Part shown: piece after piece, positions 37,755 to 47,833 of the stretch
Layout: each line of letters begins with the position of its first letter
Position numbering within the stretch: position 1 is the first letter of the stretch
Source of the DNA: a virus
Taxonomy: Duplodnaviria; Caudoviricetes
Length of the DNA stretch: 64,000 nt
Strand: one strand, 5' to 3'
IMG/VR virus record: IMGVR_UViG_3300021603_000005
Coordinates: 1-64,000 of that record
The notes under the pieces: model-generated
Database searches by the model: none
Seen by the model: only the letters and a program-made list of their open reading frames with translations
Told to the model about the DNA's origin: nothing
Translations under genes and position numbers: made by a program

Positions 37755-38714
37755 ATGTCAGAAAAAACTGTGAATCTTTTTGATCTAGGGTGTCTAGTGC
37801 AAATAAACATCGGGTTTTGGTCTGGAAGGAAGATGCTTACGAATAACGACATGGTGAGTGTCGGCATAGATCCAGGCAGGTTGCCGAAGGACATATGTAA
37901 TTTGGGGCGGAAATTACTGGTACCGCAGCATGAGATAGGGGTATTTCTGTCGGTTGAGCAACAGGCACGGAACTTCTTGAAACGATGGTCTATTCCATTT
38001 GGCATTGCCAGCGCGAATTTTGTTCCAATCAGTAAGCTGCATGAGGTTACTCAGAAGCTGGACGAATACAAAGCTACGTACTATTCGTTGGTGGATTCCT
38101 TCATCAAGAGATTTGAAGCCGCGAAGACAAAGCTCCAGAGCGAGCACCCTGATTTCTGGGAAAAGTGCTTACGACAACATTATCCGTCTAGCGCAGAATC
38201 ATTGCGCAGTAGGTTCTATTTTAGGTACTTTGTATTCAGGGTCGCCAATATCAATGCGATAGATGAAGTCGATGCGGATGAGGTTGTGGCCAAGAATGCA
38301 GAAATGCAGAAGCGAATGAAGGAAGAAGTCGACAAGCTGGTTAATGAAACGGTTTGTACATTACGAAACGAAACTGTTAAGTTCTGCGATTTGGTCATTG
38401 CAAGGGTGAATGGTTCTCCGTATGGCGACGAAGAAGAGGGCAAGAAGTTAACCAAGAGATCATTGACTAGCTTCAGAAAGTATGTTGACTGGTTTAGGGA
38501 GATGAATGTATTTGGAGATAAGGACATCGAAAAGATGTTGGATGAATTCAAAAGTACATACCTGAGCGACCTAACGACTCCACAGGAAATACAAAATGCA
38601 CAGGTTGCCAATGCGATTGTCGATCATATGAACAAGATTCGGGCAATGGCACAGGGTGATAGTGGAGGGGTAGATGAAGTGTTGAATATAGCAAAACGAA
38701 AGATCGAGATTTAA
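37755..38714 (+). CDS. DUF3150-like protein
   Basis: FWSGRK...LGRKLL...FVP...YPS...RFYF; adjacent to the AAA ATPase. Confidence 0.7.
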   Translation: MSEKTVNLFDLGCLVQINIGFWSGRKMLTNNDMVSVGIDPGRLPKDICNLGRKLLVPQHEIGVFLSVEQQARNFLKRWSIPFGIASANFVPISKLHEVTQKLDEYKATYYSLVDSFIKRFEAAKTKLQSEHPDFWEKCLRQHYPSSAESLRSRFYFRYFVFRVANINAIDEVDADEVVAKNAEMQKRMKEEVDKLVNETVCTLRNETVKFCDLVIARVNGSPYGDEEEGKKLTKRSLTSFRKYVDWFREMNVFGDKDIEKMLDEFKSTYLSDLTTPQEIQNAQVANAIVDHMNKIRAMAQGDSGGVDEVLNIAKRKIEI

Positions 38715-38715
38715 C

Positions 38716-38931
38716 ATGTCGTCGTGCTTCGATAGCGTATGTCTAGAACAGAACAGGTGTAATGAGTGTACTGACATCAAACAAAAGAACGGTGTCTGCA
38801 TCATATGCTCAGCTAGGCAGCAGGAAAGAAATATTGCAGCGGATAAACTCGAAGAGTACATTCGCAATAATGGCGGAAGACATCGCGATGCGCTAACGGC
38901 GCTTGCAAATAGGATTAGAAATGGAACGTAA
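38716..38931 (+). CDS. small Cys-rich protein
   Basis: Coupled ORF. Confidence 0.55.
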   Translation: MSSCFDSVCLEQNRCNECTDIKQKNGVCIICSARQQERNIAADKLEEYIRNNGGRHRDALTALANRIRNGT

Positions 38932-39141
38932 CTATGGGCAACGAAGGTATCATTAAGAAATCTTCGGTAAAATACATTGTGGTGGAGAAAACAATGGAAC
39001 GCGACAATAGACTATTCTATTTTGTCATTTTGTTCATTGCTAGTATACCGTTACTAACACTTATCTCGTTAATGACTTGCGTATTACTAAAGTAACGGCC
39101 AAACTTATTAGGGGTGGAGTCAAACTTTTGGAGAGTGTGTA

Positions 39142-39555
39142 ATGTCGATGTACTGTTCGGTAAAGACGCAGTTTAAGGATCAGGACGCATTAGTTAACGC
39201 TCTTATGGAGACCGGTGGATGGCAAGGCTACCAGATAGAGGTTCATTCCGAGCCTCAAAATTTGTATGGCTACCATGGTGACGTGCGAGAACAAGTTGCC
39301 AATATTATCATTCGTCGTCAACATGTCCAGGCTTCGGCGAACGATATTGGTTTTGAAAAAACCGAGGATGGAACGTATAGGTCTCATATTAGCCAATTCG
39401 ATTCTAGGAAATACGACTCTAGGTGGATCGGCAGGCTCAAGCAAGCGTATGCTTTTCATGTATTGAAGCGACAGCAAGAAGCCAGGGGAAGGGTTGTCAC
39501 GAGAGAAAGGCTTGCGGATGGAAGACAGAGGGTAATGATCAGGGGGTATCGATAA
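39142..39555 (+). CDS. DUF1257 (Ycf35-like) protein
   Basis: MS...VKTQFKD...L..AL...NDIGF...LKQAYA. Confidence 0.8.
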   Translation: MSMYCSVKTQFKDQDALVNALMETGGWQGYQIEVHSEPQNLYGYHGDVREQVANIIIRRQHVQASANDIGFEKTEDGTYRSHISQFDSRKYDSRWIGRLKQAYAFHVLKRQQEARGRVVTRERLADGRQRVMIRGYR

Positions 39556-39649
39556 TGGACAAGTTCTCTTTTGCGAACCAGTATCTGATTAGTGCGTTAG
39601 AATTGGCAAAACAAGAAATTATGAGATTAATTACAAGCGGAGGCATGTA

Positions 39650-39928
39650 ATGAAAAACATAGTAGAAAAATCAAATGTGTCAATAGATGAAATATCGCTA
39701 GCTGGGATTTTAGAATGGACAAAATTAATAGGCAAAAGGGTTAAGGTATTACACGCAGATATCGGTGGAGAGTATGTGTTAAATGATGTGGTGTTGAAGC
39801 TTAATGATGCTAATCTATCATATGTCGTTCTAAAACCAACGTCTCATTCTGCAAGTCAAAGAACAAAGTGTATGCCCATTGTAGACATAATTGATAATGA
39901 ATATGAGATAGTCGCGTTGCGCAGTTAA
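39650..39928 (+). CDS. hypothetical protein
   Basis: GGAGG RBS. Confidence 0.6.
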   Translation: MKNIVEKSNVSIDEISLAGILEWTKLIGKRVKVLHADIGGEYVLNDVVLKLNDANLSYVVLKPTSHSASQRTKCMPIVDIIDNEYEIVALRS

Positions 39929-39962
39929 TCGGGAACAAAACAGAAAGAAAGGTAGAAAGCAA

Positions 39963-40571
39963 ATGAGAATACTAAAACAATCTATTGTATGTATTTTACT
40001 AGTGATTATTGGGTGTGATTCCGGTCCATCTTGGTATGAAAAAGAATTGAAAAAAGCACAATAAAGACACGAAACACAAAAGGAATTATTTGCCGAAGCA
40101 TGTAAATCTATTTCCGGCACCGTAATAGAGAAAATATTCTTGCCATATGGCCATTCTGAACTAACTGGTACGCCGGTCCTTTTTTCTGGGTCAAAGATTC
40201 GTGGAAAATCTTCTAGTGGTGACTTATTTCTGAAAATACAGTGCGACGACGGAAAACAAAGAATACTGGAGGTTATCGACGATAGCGACGATTTTGGTGT
40301 ATCTGTATCCATGATTAACATACAGGTAGATATCGGAACTAGGATATCTTTTATCAAAGGGAACTATTTTTGGGAGATACACCATTACTTTAATCACCGG
40401 TTTATATACCTAAACTATCCAGATACTTCCATAAATTCTCCATTAGACATTTCGTTAGTATCTGATTATCCGTACATGAATAGCTACTTTGACAACGATA
40501 GATTGGTTGGCAAAAAACGAGCGGGATACATAACTGTTATTGGAAAATCTGAGGTAGAATCGCCAAATTAA
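39963..40571 (+). pseudogene. lipoprotein with in-frame TAA
   Basis: MRILKQSIVCILLVIIGC signal peptide; TAA at 40062-40064; frame continues into ORF 40140-40571. Confidence 0.65.
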
Positions 40572-40573
40572 CC

Positions 40574-40912
40574 ATGACGATAACAATAGACATAACGCCA
40601 GACGGAAATATTACTGGGCTGTATTCCGATGATGTCGACTTGTATGCGGTAGGCCAAGTACACAGTGTCCGTCGCGCCAGCAACGTTGAGTTTGATGAAG
40701 CCAAACAAATATGGCAAGTCATCAACTGTGCCGATGGACAGATTGTATTCGAACACAAGTCCAGAACACGGGCGATAGAGTGGGAGATAGAAAACTTCCA
40801 GCCAGGAGGGAAGCATTATGACCAAGAGGAAAAGGGAAAAGATATCGTGTTTAAGGGTGAGTCTGGTCCCTGTGGATTGACAGCCATAAGGTGTGAACGA
40901 AACATCGCCTAG
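40574..40912 (+). CDS. conserved small protein often linked to DUF1257/DUF2997 modules
   Basis: ITPDG...LY...G...RRASNVE...R..AI.WE. Confidence 0.65.
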   Translation: MTITIDITPDGNITGLYSDDVDLYAVGQVHSVRRASNVEFDEAKQIWQVINCADGQIVFEHKSRTRAIEWEIENFQPGGKHYDQEEKGKDIVFKGESGPCGLTAIRCERNIA

Positions 40913-41039
40913 TAACCAAAGACTATTTTAGATAACAGAAAAGAAAGGGGCATATATGTCGAATGAACATGTAGAAAAAAACTACCCCACTGTGGTAAGG
41001 GCTTGTATCCTGGTGTTAATTTAATAGGAGAGGAATAAA

Positions 41040-41360
41040 ATGTCTAGATACTATAACGTGTCGGTAGAAATTGAGGGGTTTAATCCAAATAGAGAATCTG
41101 AAATAACCATCGCTGCCAAAGAGGAATGGGATTTTGAAGATTGGTATAATTCTGGAAACAATATAGATGCTTCTGGCGATGGATACCTTTGTGGTGGTGA
41201 AAGCGAAGAGGAATTTGCCGAACGACTTTCGAAGGCAATATGGAAGGCAAATGGTGCATATTGTCGCGTTGCCATTAATTGTACATATCTTGAAGATTTG
41301 CCAAGCGAATATTATGAACTTAGCGAAGACCAGTTCGATCCAGGATGTTTGAAGGAGTAG
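41040..41360 (+). CDS. acidic hypothetical protein
   Basis: GGAG RBS; LCGGESEEEFAERL. Confidence 0.7.
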   Translation: MSRYYNVSVEIEGFNPNRESEITIAAKEEWDFEDWYNSGNNIDASGDGYLCGGESEEEFAERLSKAIWKANGAYCRVAINCTYLEDLPSEYYELSEDQFDPGCLKE

Positions 41361-41364
41361 GGTT

Positions 41365-41550
41365 GTGAAACAGATAACTGTAACAATCGACACAGATGGA
41401 TCATGCCAAATAGATGGGGCAAACTTCGTTGGCACCGAGTGTGAAAGGTTTATCAAAGAAGTCGAGACGACGCTGGGTGTTCGAGAACGAGTTCAGTACA
41501 AACCAGAATTTAGAACTAGACAAGTGAATAGGCAAATGCTGGGTAATTGA
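41365..41550 (+). CDS. DUF2997 protein
   Basis: ITVTIDTDG...F.G..C...E..LG...KPEF. Confidence 0.8.
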   Translation: MKQITVTIDTDGSCQIDGANFVGTECERFIKEVETTLGVRERVQYKPEFRTRQVNRQMLGN

Positions 41551-41551
41551 T

Positions 41552-41809
41552 GTGATAAAAAGAATCAGATATCTTCTATCCCTGATACTCTGTTACAAAT
41601 TAATCGGCCAATGTGATACCACACCACAGGGAGGGATATTCTCAATCCATCAAGAATGGGTATCTGCTAATGATTTAGTCAGATACTATGGTATTACAGG
41701 CGCTAGTACGAGTAGGTTCTGCTTATTCTTAGATACGGGTCCAGTAGAATTGAGAGAGGGTGACAAAGTGGTCGTTTTTAGGAGAAAACGCCAATCAACT
41801 TCTCCATGA
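41552..41809 (+). CDS. hypothetical protein; 3' end overlaps the omega-RNA start
   Basis: Coupled ORF. Confidence 0.5.
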   Translation: MIKRIRYLLSLILCYKLIGQCDTTPQGGIFSIHQEWVSANDLVRYYGITGASTSRFCLFLDTGPVELREGDKVVVFRRKRQSTSP

Positions 41810-42030
41810 GTTTGGGCGTGATGGAACCCGGTAATAGTTGATTAGACTAAGAAGAAAGGAGAAATCCTGATATTCTACGCCCAGAGGGCTACAAGTACCC
41901 TGGAACGCTACCCTAATTCCAGGCTCTACTACAGAACCATTAAATGTGGCGTTCTCGAAAGAGAACTAAGCCTTCTTGGCCTTGTCGAAGGGGTGTATAT
42001 ACGGGTTTCCAGTCCTGGCTTACAGCGAAA
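41793..42030 (+). ncRNA. omega-RNA (HEARO-like) scaffold
   Basis: AATCAACT/AGTTGATT-AGACT stem, CTACG, GTACCCTGGAA...TTCCAGGCTCTAC, TTAAA, TTGTCGAAGGG hallmarks. Confidence 0.8.
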
Positions 42031-42048
42031 AAACTGGATAGGAGTATT

Positions 42049-43071
42049 ATGGTTTTCGTGCCAGTGTTAGATAAGAATAATCTTCCATTAATGCCTACGA
42101 AACCGAGTAGGGCTAGGCGGTGGATACGCGCTGGCAGGGCAACTCCGTTTTATAGGAAAGGAATATACTGCGTTCGACTAAAGTCTAACGCGTCAGGAGA
42201 CCATAAACAAGAAGTCGTAATAGGTATTGATCCAGGATCGAAGCGAGAGGCGTACACCATCAAGTCCGAAGCCCATACCTATCTTAATATACTTACTGGT
42301 ACGCCCCATTGGGTCAAGGACGCTGTTGAACAACGTAGAATTATGCGTAGGGCAAGGCGTTTTAGGAAAACACGCCGCAGACCCACGAGGTTTAATAATA
42401 GAAAGGCTAAGAAATTAGCCCCATCAACAAGGGCCAGATGGCAACTCAAACTAAATGTGTGTAAGTTCTTGAAAAAATTATTTAACATTACTCGTTTCAT
42501 CATAGAAGATATTAGGGCCAAGGCACGAAAAAACGCAAAGAAATGGAACAAAAGTTTTAGTCCTCTCGAAGTTGGTAAGAAATGGTTCTATGGTGAACTT
42601 GGCAGTTTAGGTAGGGTATATACAAAACAGGGATACGAAACAAAAGCTTTGAGAGATATCGCTGAGTTGAAGAAAAACAAATCAAAACTAGTCGACAAAT
42701 TCGAGTGCCACAACGTAGATAGTTGGGTATTGGCTAATTGGTTAATTGGGGGCCATATTACACCGGACAACACTGAGATGATAAAATATGTTCCCCTGAG
42801 ATTTCACAGACGACAATTACATGTTATGGTTCCATCTAAAGGTGGGATAAGACGAGAATACGGTAGCACAAGAAGTATGGGACTCAAACGAGGTAGTTTG
42901 GTTTTCCATAAAAAGTATGGCTATGTATACATAGGTGGTACTTCCAAAGGAAGAATAAGTGTTCACGAATTAAACACGGGGAAAAGATTAGCACAAAACA
43001 TAAAATTAGAGGACGTGAGATTCAAGACATACTCGGGCTATAGGAGGGTGGAGAATTCCTCTCTATGCTAA
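42049..43071 (+). CDS. isrB: IsrB-like RNA-guided nickase (RRXRR/PLMP plus split RuvC, no HNH)
   Basis: PLMPT, IGIDPG, Arg-rich bridge helix, IIEDI, HNVDS; 340 aa without HNH or CxxC insert. Confidence 0.8.
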   Translation: MVFVPVLDKNNLPLMPTKPSRARRWIRAGRATPFYRKGIYCVRLKSNASGDHKQEVVIGIDPGSKREAYTIKSEAHTYLNILTGTPHWVKDAVEQRRIMRRARRFRKTRRRPTRFNNRKAKKLAPSTRARWQLKLNVCKFLKKLFNITRFIIEDIRAKARKNAKKWNKSFSPLEVGKKWFYGELGSLGRVYTKQGYETKALRDIAELKKNKSKLVDKFECHNVDSWVLANWLIGGHITPDNTEMIKYVPLRFHRRQLHVMVPSKGGIRREYGSTRSMGLKRGSLVFHKKYGYVYIGGTSKGRISVHELNTGKRLAQNIKLEDVRFKTYSGYRRVENSSLC

Positions 43072-43151
43072 AGCGAAAGAGTTTCCTTCTCGATAACGCT
43101 ATGACAAAAGAACTGGAGAAAAAAGAATGTCACTAGAGGAGGAGATATCAA

Positions 43152-43599
43152 ATGACTAATACAGAACATCCTGAAGACAAACAAACGATATGGGATAGGT
43201 TTTTGATTTGGTACTATACCAATCTGGGATACCATCAATAACTATATCCCAGTTCGAATCGGAAGAATATTACATAAAATACACTGGATATCTTATTGTA
43301 TAAAGTGTTTTCTTTGGAAAAGATACAATATAGTCAGGGTCAAAACGCTTCCTTCAACATGGAATGATAGAGATGCGTTGCTTGCGCATGCTATGTTTCA
43401 AATCCTAAGAGATTTTATTGATAAAGAGGCTGGTGGCGTAGATTGGACTTTTGACGAAGAACACTTAAACGCACGTAAGAAAATGGACGAACTATTGGAA
43501 TGGTGGGACGACACCCTCGCCGCCGACAATGACGATTGTAGTGAAGTTAACGATAAGTTAAAACAGATAATTGATCTTCGTGGACATTTATGGACTTGA
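43152..43599 (+). pseudogene. conserved phage protein with frameshift near 43220
   Basis: GGAG RBS and ATG frame ends early; second frame is open from ~43210 (TLPSTWNDRD...HAMFQIL...LWT). Confidence 0.55.
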
Positions 43600-43670
43600 A
43601 ATAGTTTCATGGCGCTAACTATTTATACATGTGAATTGTTAACACAGAACGGCCTTTTAAGGGAGGGGCT

Positions 43671-43810
43671 TTCTTTGTTGTTTTCTTTTATTTTTATTCT
43701 TTATCTTTTCGTTCTCTTTGTTTCTTTTCTTTCTTTATATATTTCTTTCTTTTCTTTGTTTCTCTTCCTTTTCTGTTTCTTGTATTTTGTTTTCTTTTTT
43801 TGTTTCTTTC
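43671..43810. repeat. pyrimidine-rich (TTTC)n-like low-complexity tract
   Basis: ~140 nt of mostly T/C on the + strand. Confidence 0.85.
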
Positions 43811-44090
43811 GGTGGGTATGGTTTTCAGTTATCCGTATTGCATGACGGGAAATATTATATGCGCTGCTAGGCAGAGAAGCGCCTAAAGGACGATTTCGTG
43901 GGCTCAGAACACATATCTTTTCCGTCCTGCATTTTGTTAAACACACAAGTGTCTGGTAATTATGTGGTTATGAAAACGATGTCAACGATTAACCAGACTG
44001 AAAAACCTAACAAAAGGCGAAAATCGCATTTAAGGCCATTTACAGACCCGTGGTTAAACGCAAAAGATTTTACCACCCGAGATAGCTAGT

Positions 44091-44849
44091 TTGCGGTTTG
44101 AGTTAAATGCCGTCAAAATACAACCGCTTGTAGGAGACTTAAAATTGAAGGTGCCGGTCAACGTTGGGATCGAATTTGAATTCGCCGGTAAGAACAGGAA
44201 GTTTATCTACGATACACTAAAACAAACTGGCGTAAAAATTGGTATACAAAGCGATTATTGGATGGGGGATTATCCACTAACAAAGCAATGGAAACTTTGT
44301 TTCGATGGGTCGGTGACAGAAGTCCTTGGCCCAATGGACAAAATCGCTGGACTAGAAATAAAGACACCGATTTTTGATCCGCGTGACACTGTTGTTAGAA
44401 ATGACATGCGTAAAATTCTGAAAAGGCTGAAATCTATCGGCTGTTTCGTAACAAAGTCCTCGGGGTTGCATGTACACATCAGTTGCCCGCTAGAAGAATT
44501 TCGTGTAAGACGAAATGTCTTATCGATGTTGATAGAAAAGCACTTCAGAAAGTTTGTTAATGATTGTCGCAAGCATTACTGTAAACCAGGGTGTTCACAG
44601 GAAAAATATAGCTCCATTAGGGTATTTCCTATAGACAGGTGTCGTGGCGATATCACGCGAAACCATGTTGAAATTCGTGTGTTTAATGGGACGATGGATA
44701 CTGATACGGCTTTGTCATATTTAGACCGGGCCGTGAAGTACTATAGAATAGCACTTGAGTATAGAAAGGTCAGTCGTGAAGTGCGAAATATGCAGGATGG
44801 ATTGTGTAAAAGGGGACGAGGTGTTTGTAGTTGTGTCAGCAGTTGTTAA
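44091..44849 (+). CDS. amidoligase family protein
   Basis: VGIEFE, DGSV, LEIKTP, SGLHVH, VEIRVFNGT. Confidence 0.85.
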   Translation: MRFELNAVKIQPLVGDLKLKVPVNVGIEFEFAGKNRKFIYDTLKQTGVKIGIQSDYWMGDYPLTKQWKLCFDGSVTEVLGPMDKIAGLEIKTPIFDPRDTVVRNDMRKILKRLKSIGCFVTKSSGLHVHISCPLEEFRVRRNVLSMLIEKHFRKFVNDCRKHYCKPGCSQEKYSSIRVFPIDRCRGDITRNHVEIRVFNGTMDTDTALSYLDRAVKYYRIALEYRKVSREVRNMQDGLCKRGRGVCSCVSSC

Positions 44850-44974
44850 CGGAGATAATGGGTGTTTTGATGTCAGTCAAATAGCGAATGGGGATAATGG
44901 AATCGTACACAAAAAGTGTATTTCGATTTTTGAAAAATCGCCTCTTGCGTTAATAGATGCCAGGATGGTGTAAC

Positions 44975-46438
44975 ATGATTGATAGCGACAAGATACAATC
45001 GATATTTGGTTCAGAAAAATGTCTCATCCACAAGGGGATATCTGTCAGTAGCGATAATTTTCGACAGTTGCCGAGATATGTGTCTGAGTTCCTAATTAAT
45101 CACTATGTAGATCCAACAAGCCCTGGAAGTGGGTTACAGACAATACAAAAGCTACTGGACGAATACTATGTGGATAGCACCAAAAGGGAACTGGTTAAGA
45201 GCAAGGTACGACAACATGGTTGTTTGCCAATCTTCGGATTGGTTCGAGCCAGATACGAACAGCGCAAGGATGTGTATCTTGCAGATGTTCCGTCTCTTGG
45301 GGATGATAAGGTACGGGTTTCAGATTGTGTGTTGCGTAGGTATGGCGACGACTTACTAACTACCGGTGTGTGGGGTAGTGTTAACGTCGTATATGACAGG
45401 CAGTCTAGTAAGTATCCGTTCCTTGTTGCGGATTTTACGCCAATGCAAACCACAAATATCGATATCAACAACTGGATCTTAGCCAGGGAGAACTTCAATA
45501 CAGGTGAGTGGATAGATCTAATTATCACAAGCATCGGATTCAGTCCAGAAGCATTATCGCACGACGAGAAAATGTTGTACCTATACCGACTCATACCATT
45601 GATCCAGTATGGCGTCAACATGGTCGAACTTGGACCACCAGAAAGCGGAAAAACTTATACATATAGAAACATCAGTACATACTCTCATGTGATAAGTGGT
45701 TCAAATACCACGATGGCGACATTGTTCTACAACAAACTCAGGAGGAAGATAGGGGCTGTCGGAAAGTTCGATTGCATTTTGTTCGACGAAATAGCTCACG
45801 CCGACTTGCGCAGAGAGATGGTGGATATAGTTAACACGCTCAAGGACTTCATGGGTTCTGGGAAATTCGGTCGAGACGGAGAGGAGTTCTCGTCTGATTG
45901 TAGTATCGTATTGGCAGGTAACATAGACACGGACAGAAAGCAGCGCCGTGTCAGTGGATTTTACCGTCACCTGTTTTCCCCTCTGCCACAAATCATATCT
46001 GAAGATCGTGCGTTTCTTGATAGGATACATGGGTATATTCCTGGATGGCATGCGCACCAGATCATCCCAAGTGACTTCGCCGACACATACGGGTGGATGA
46101 TGGATTACTTCTCCGAAGTTATGCATAGAATGAGAACGCGAAACTATGAGTACATAATCCAGGAACGAGCGGATATGCCGGGAATGGGACAAAGAAATAA
46201 GACCTCAATTCTTCGTCTTGCAACCGGGCTGATTAAGCTAATTTTTCCACACAGAACACACGAGACAATACAAGATGAGGAGTTGAACTTTGTTTTGCAG
46301 CATGCGACAAGCCTACGACAGAGAGTCATTGATCAGTTGGCGGTAATATCTCCGGGTGAATTTGGTGGTAAGCTTTCTTTCGATCTAAAGGAAGGATGTG
46401 GTTATGCAAGTAAAAATCTTGAGTCAACCAGTTCTTAA
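44975..46438 (+). CDS. BrxL-like MCM-type AAA+ ATPase lacking the Lon protease domain
   Basis: LPRYVSEFL, ELGPPESGKT, LFYN, FDEIA, LKDFM.SG.F.R, AFLDRIHGYIPGW. Confidence 0.85.
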   Translation: MIDSDKIQSIFGSEKCLIHKGISVSSDNFRQLPRYVSEFLINHYVDPTSPGSGLQTIQKLLDEYYVDSTKRELVKSKVRQHGCLPIFGLVRARYEQRKDVYLADVPSLGDDKVRVSDCVLRRYGDDLLTTGVWGSVNVVYDRQSSKYPFLVADFTPMQTTNIDINNWILARENFNTGEWIDLIITSIGFSPEALSHDEKMLYLYRLIPLIQYGVNMVELGPPESGKTYTYRNISTYSHVISGSNTTMATLFYNKLRRKIGAVGKFDCILFDEIAHADLRREMVDIVNTLKDFMGSGKFGRDGEEFSSDCSIVLAGNIDTDRKQRRVSGFYRHLFSPLPQIISEDRAFLDRIHGYIPGWHAHQIIPSDFADTYGWMMDYFSEVMHRMRTRNYEYIIQERADMPGMGQRNKTSILRLATGLIKLIFPHRTHETIQDEELNFVLQHATSLRQRVIDQLAVISPGEFGGKLSFDLKEGCGYASKNLESTSS

Positions 46439-46970
46439 CATCGATGGACTGAGGTGGTTTCTTGAACAGAATAACTTATCGTGGACAAGTTTTGATGATA
46501 AGATGACGCACTTTGATCTCGGCGATTTGGACGGAGATTATATACCGGAGTTTGTGTCGAGATTGGCAGACAACGATTGGGAGAGTACATCTAAAAACCA
46601 CGAGTATGTTGCCAGTATCGTTGCTCAAAAACTGTATCCATTTTTGTTCTCATCGTATAGTATCGTTGTAACAGATATTGACTATGCCGTACTGGATAGT
46701 TTTAGGGATCTTGTAAACAAGTATTTCAAAGGCAATCCAGTACAGATTGTTTCAGGAGCATTGAGCAGTGGTTATTGCGTATATTGTATCGGCATCTCGT
46801 TGCGAACAGTTAGGGTTTTGTTAGATAACAATGTAGACAATGACCTGTTCGTTCATATTGTCCAGGCACTGAAAAGTGTTGCGCCATCAGCACTTAGCGA
46901 CGTGACGATAAAATGTTCGGGATCAAGAAAAATATTGGAAAAAACAATCGCTAGTGGCGGTAATAGTTAA
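46404..46970 (+). CDS. hypothetical protein, distantly ThyX-like
   Basis: N-terminal layout resembles ThyX but catalytic motifs are absent. Confidence 0.45.
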   Translation: MQVKILSQPVLNIDGLRWFLEQNNLSWTSFDDKMTHFDLGDLDGDYIPEFVSRLADNDWESTSKNHEYVASIVAQKLYPFLFSSYSIVVTDIDYAVLDSFRDLVNKYFKGNPVQIVSGALSSGYCVYCIGISLRTVRVLLDNNVDNDLFVHIVQALKSVAPSALSDVTIKCSGSRKILEKTIASGGNS

Positions 46971-46981
46971 TAGGAGGGTGC

Positions 46982-47833
46982 ATGGACTACATTAGCGCCT
47001 TCAAATCATACCTGTTGTCCGAGTGTGGTCTATCAAAAGGAACCGTAGACGGATATGTATATGATGTTCAAGAGTTTATGAAGTTCTTATTGGCAAATGG
47101 GTTGGATTATTCTGGCCGTTCAGTTGACATGTTTTTACAATCGCTCAAACTAAAATCGTCAACGCTTAACAGAAAACGTATGTCTATTAGAGCACTCTAT
47201 AGATACATGGTTTCTATCAACAAGATACAAGCAAACGAACTACTGATGATAGACCCAATCAAAACTGATTGGCAACAAATGCCAGTACTAACAGACGATC
47301 AGTGTCAGAAAATTCTACGCATGGCTAATGAGCGAGACGCAGCCATCATTTCCACACTATGCATGTCTGGTATGAGAGTAAGCGAATTGTGTCGAATGAA
47401 TGTGGGTGATGTGAGGGAGTCTGTTGATACGATTCGCATCATGGGTAAAGGCAGGGTAGAACGACTAGTTATCATTTCGGAAAAATGTAGAAAAATCATC
47501 CTTAATTACGTCAATGGATGGAGGTCGAGATTCGCCGTGCCAGATAGCAACGCGATGTTTATAAAGCAAGACGGAAGCAGACTGACTAGGCGTGCCGTAA
47601 GTGACATGATATGTCGACTGGCGAACAAGGCTGGTGTACAGCATTCTACGTCACACACAATGAGGCGAACGTATGCGACAATGGCTATGAATAATGGCGT
47701 AGATATAAAGGATGTTCAGATGCTACTTGGACACAAGTCGATTAGCGCAACGCAAAGATATCTTGGATTAAGCCAAGATAGACTTCGGAGTATCTATCGT
47801 AAGTTTCATCCATCTTGCTGCGAGGTGTCATAA
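46982..47833 (+). CDS. XerC/XerD-like tyrosine recombinase
   Basis: SGMRVSEL, GKG, HTMRRTYAT, LLGH, TQRY. Confidence 0.93.
   Translation: MDYISAFKSYLLSECGLSKGTVDGYVYDVQEFMKFLLANGLDYSGRSVDMFLQSLKLKSSTLNRKRMSIRALYRYMVSINKIQANELLMIDPIKTDWQQMPVLTDDQCQKILRMANERDAAIISTLCMSGMRVSELCRMNVGDVRESVDTIRIMGKGRVERLVIISEKCRKIILNYVNGWRSRFAVPDSNAMFIKQDGSRLTRRAVSDMICRLANKAGVQHSTSHTMRRTYATMAMNNGVDIKDVQMLLGHKSISATQRYLGLSQDRLRSIYRKFHPSCCEVS

Larger units (their letters stand above)
41793..43088 (+). mobile_element. IS200/IS605-superfamily OMEGA element (IsrB-like), no TnpA
   Basis: omega-RNA-like 5' region, PLMP/RuvC ORF and right-end AATTCCTC...GCTAAAGC...GTTTCC. Confidence 0.8.

Noticed and set aside
43609-43946. 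Phe-rich (+) and Lys-rich (-) ORFs
   Set aside because: By-products of the low-complexity T/C tract
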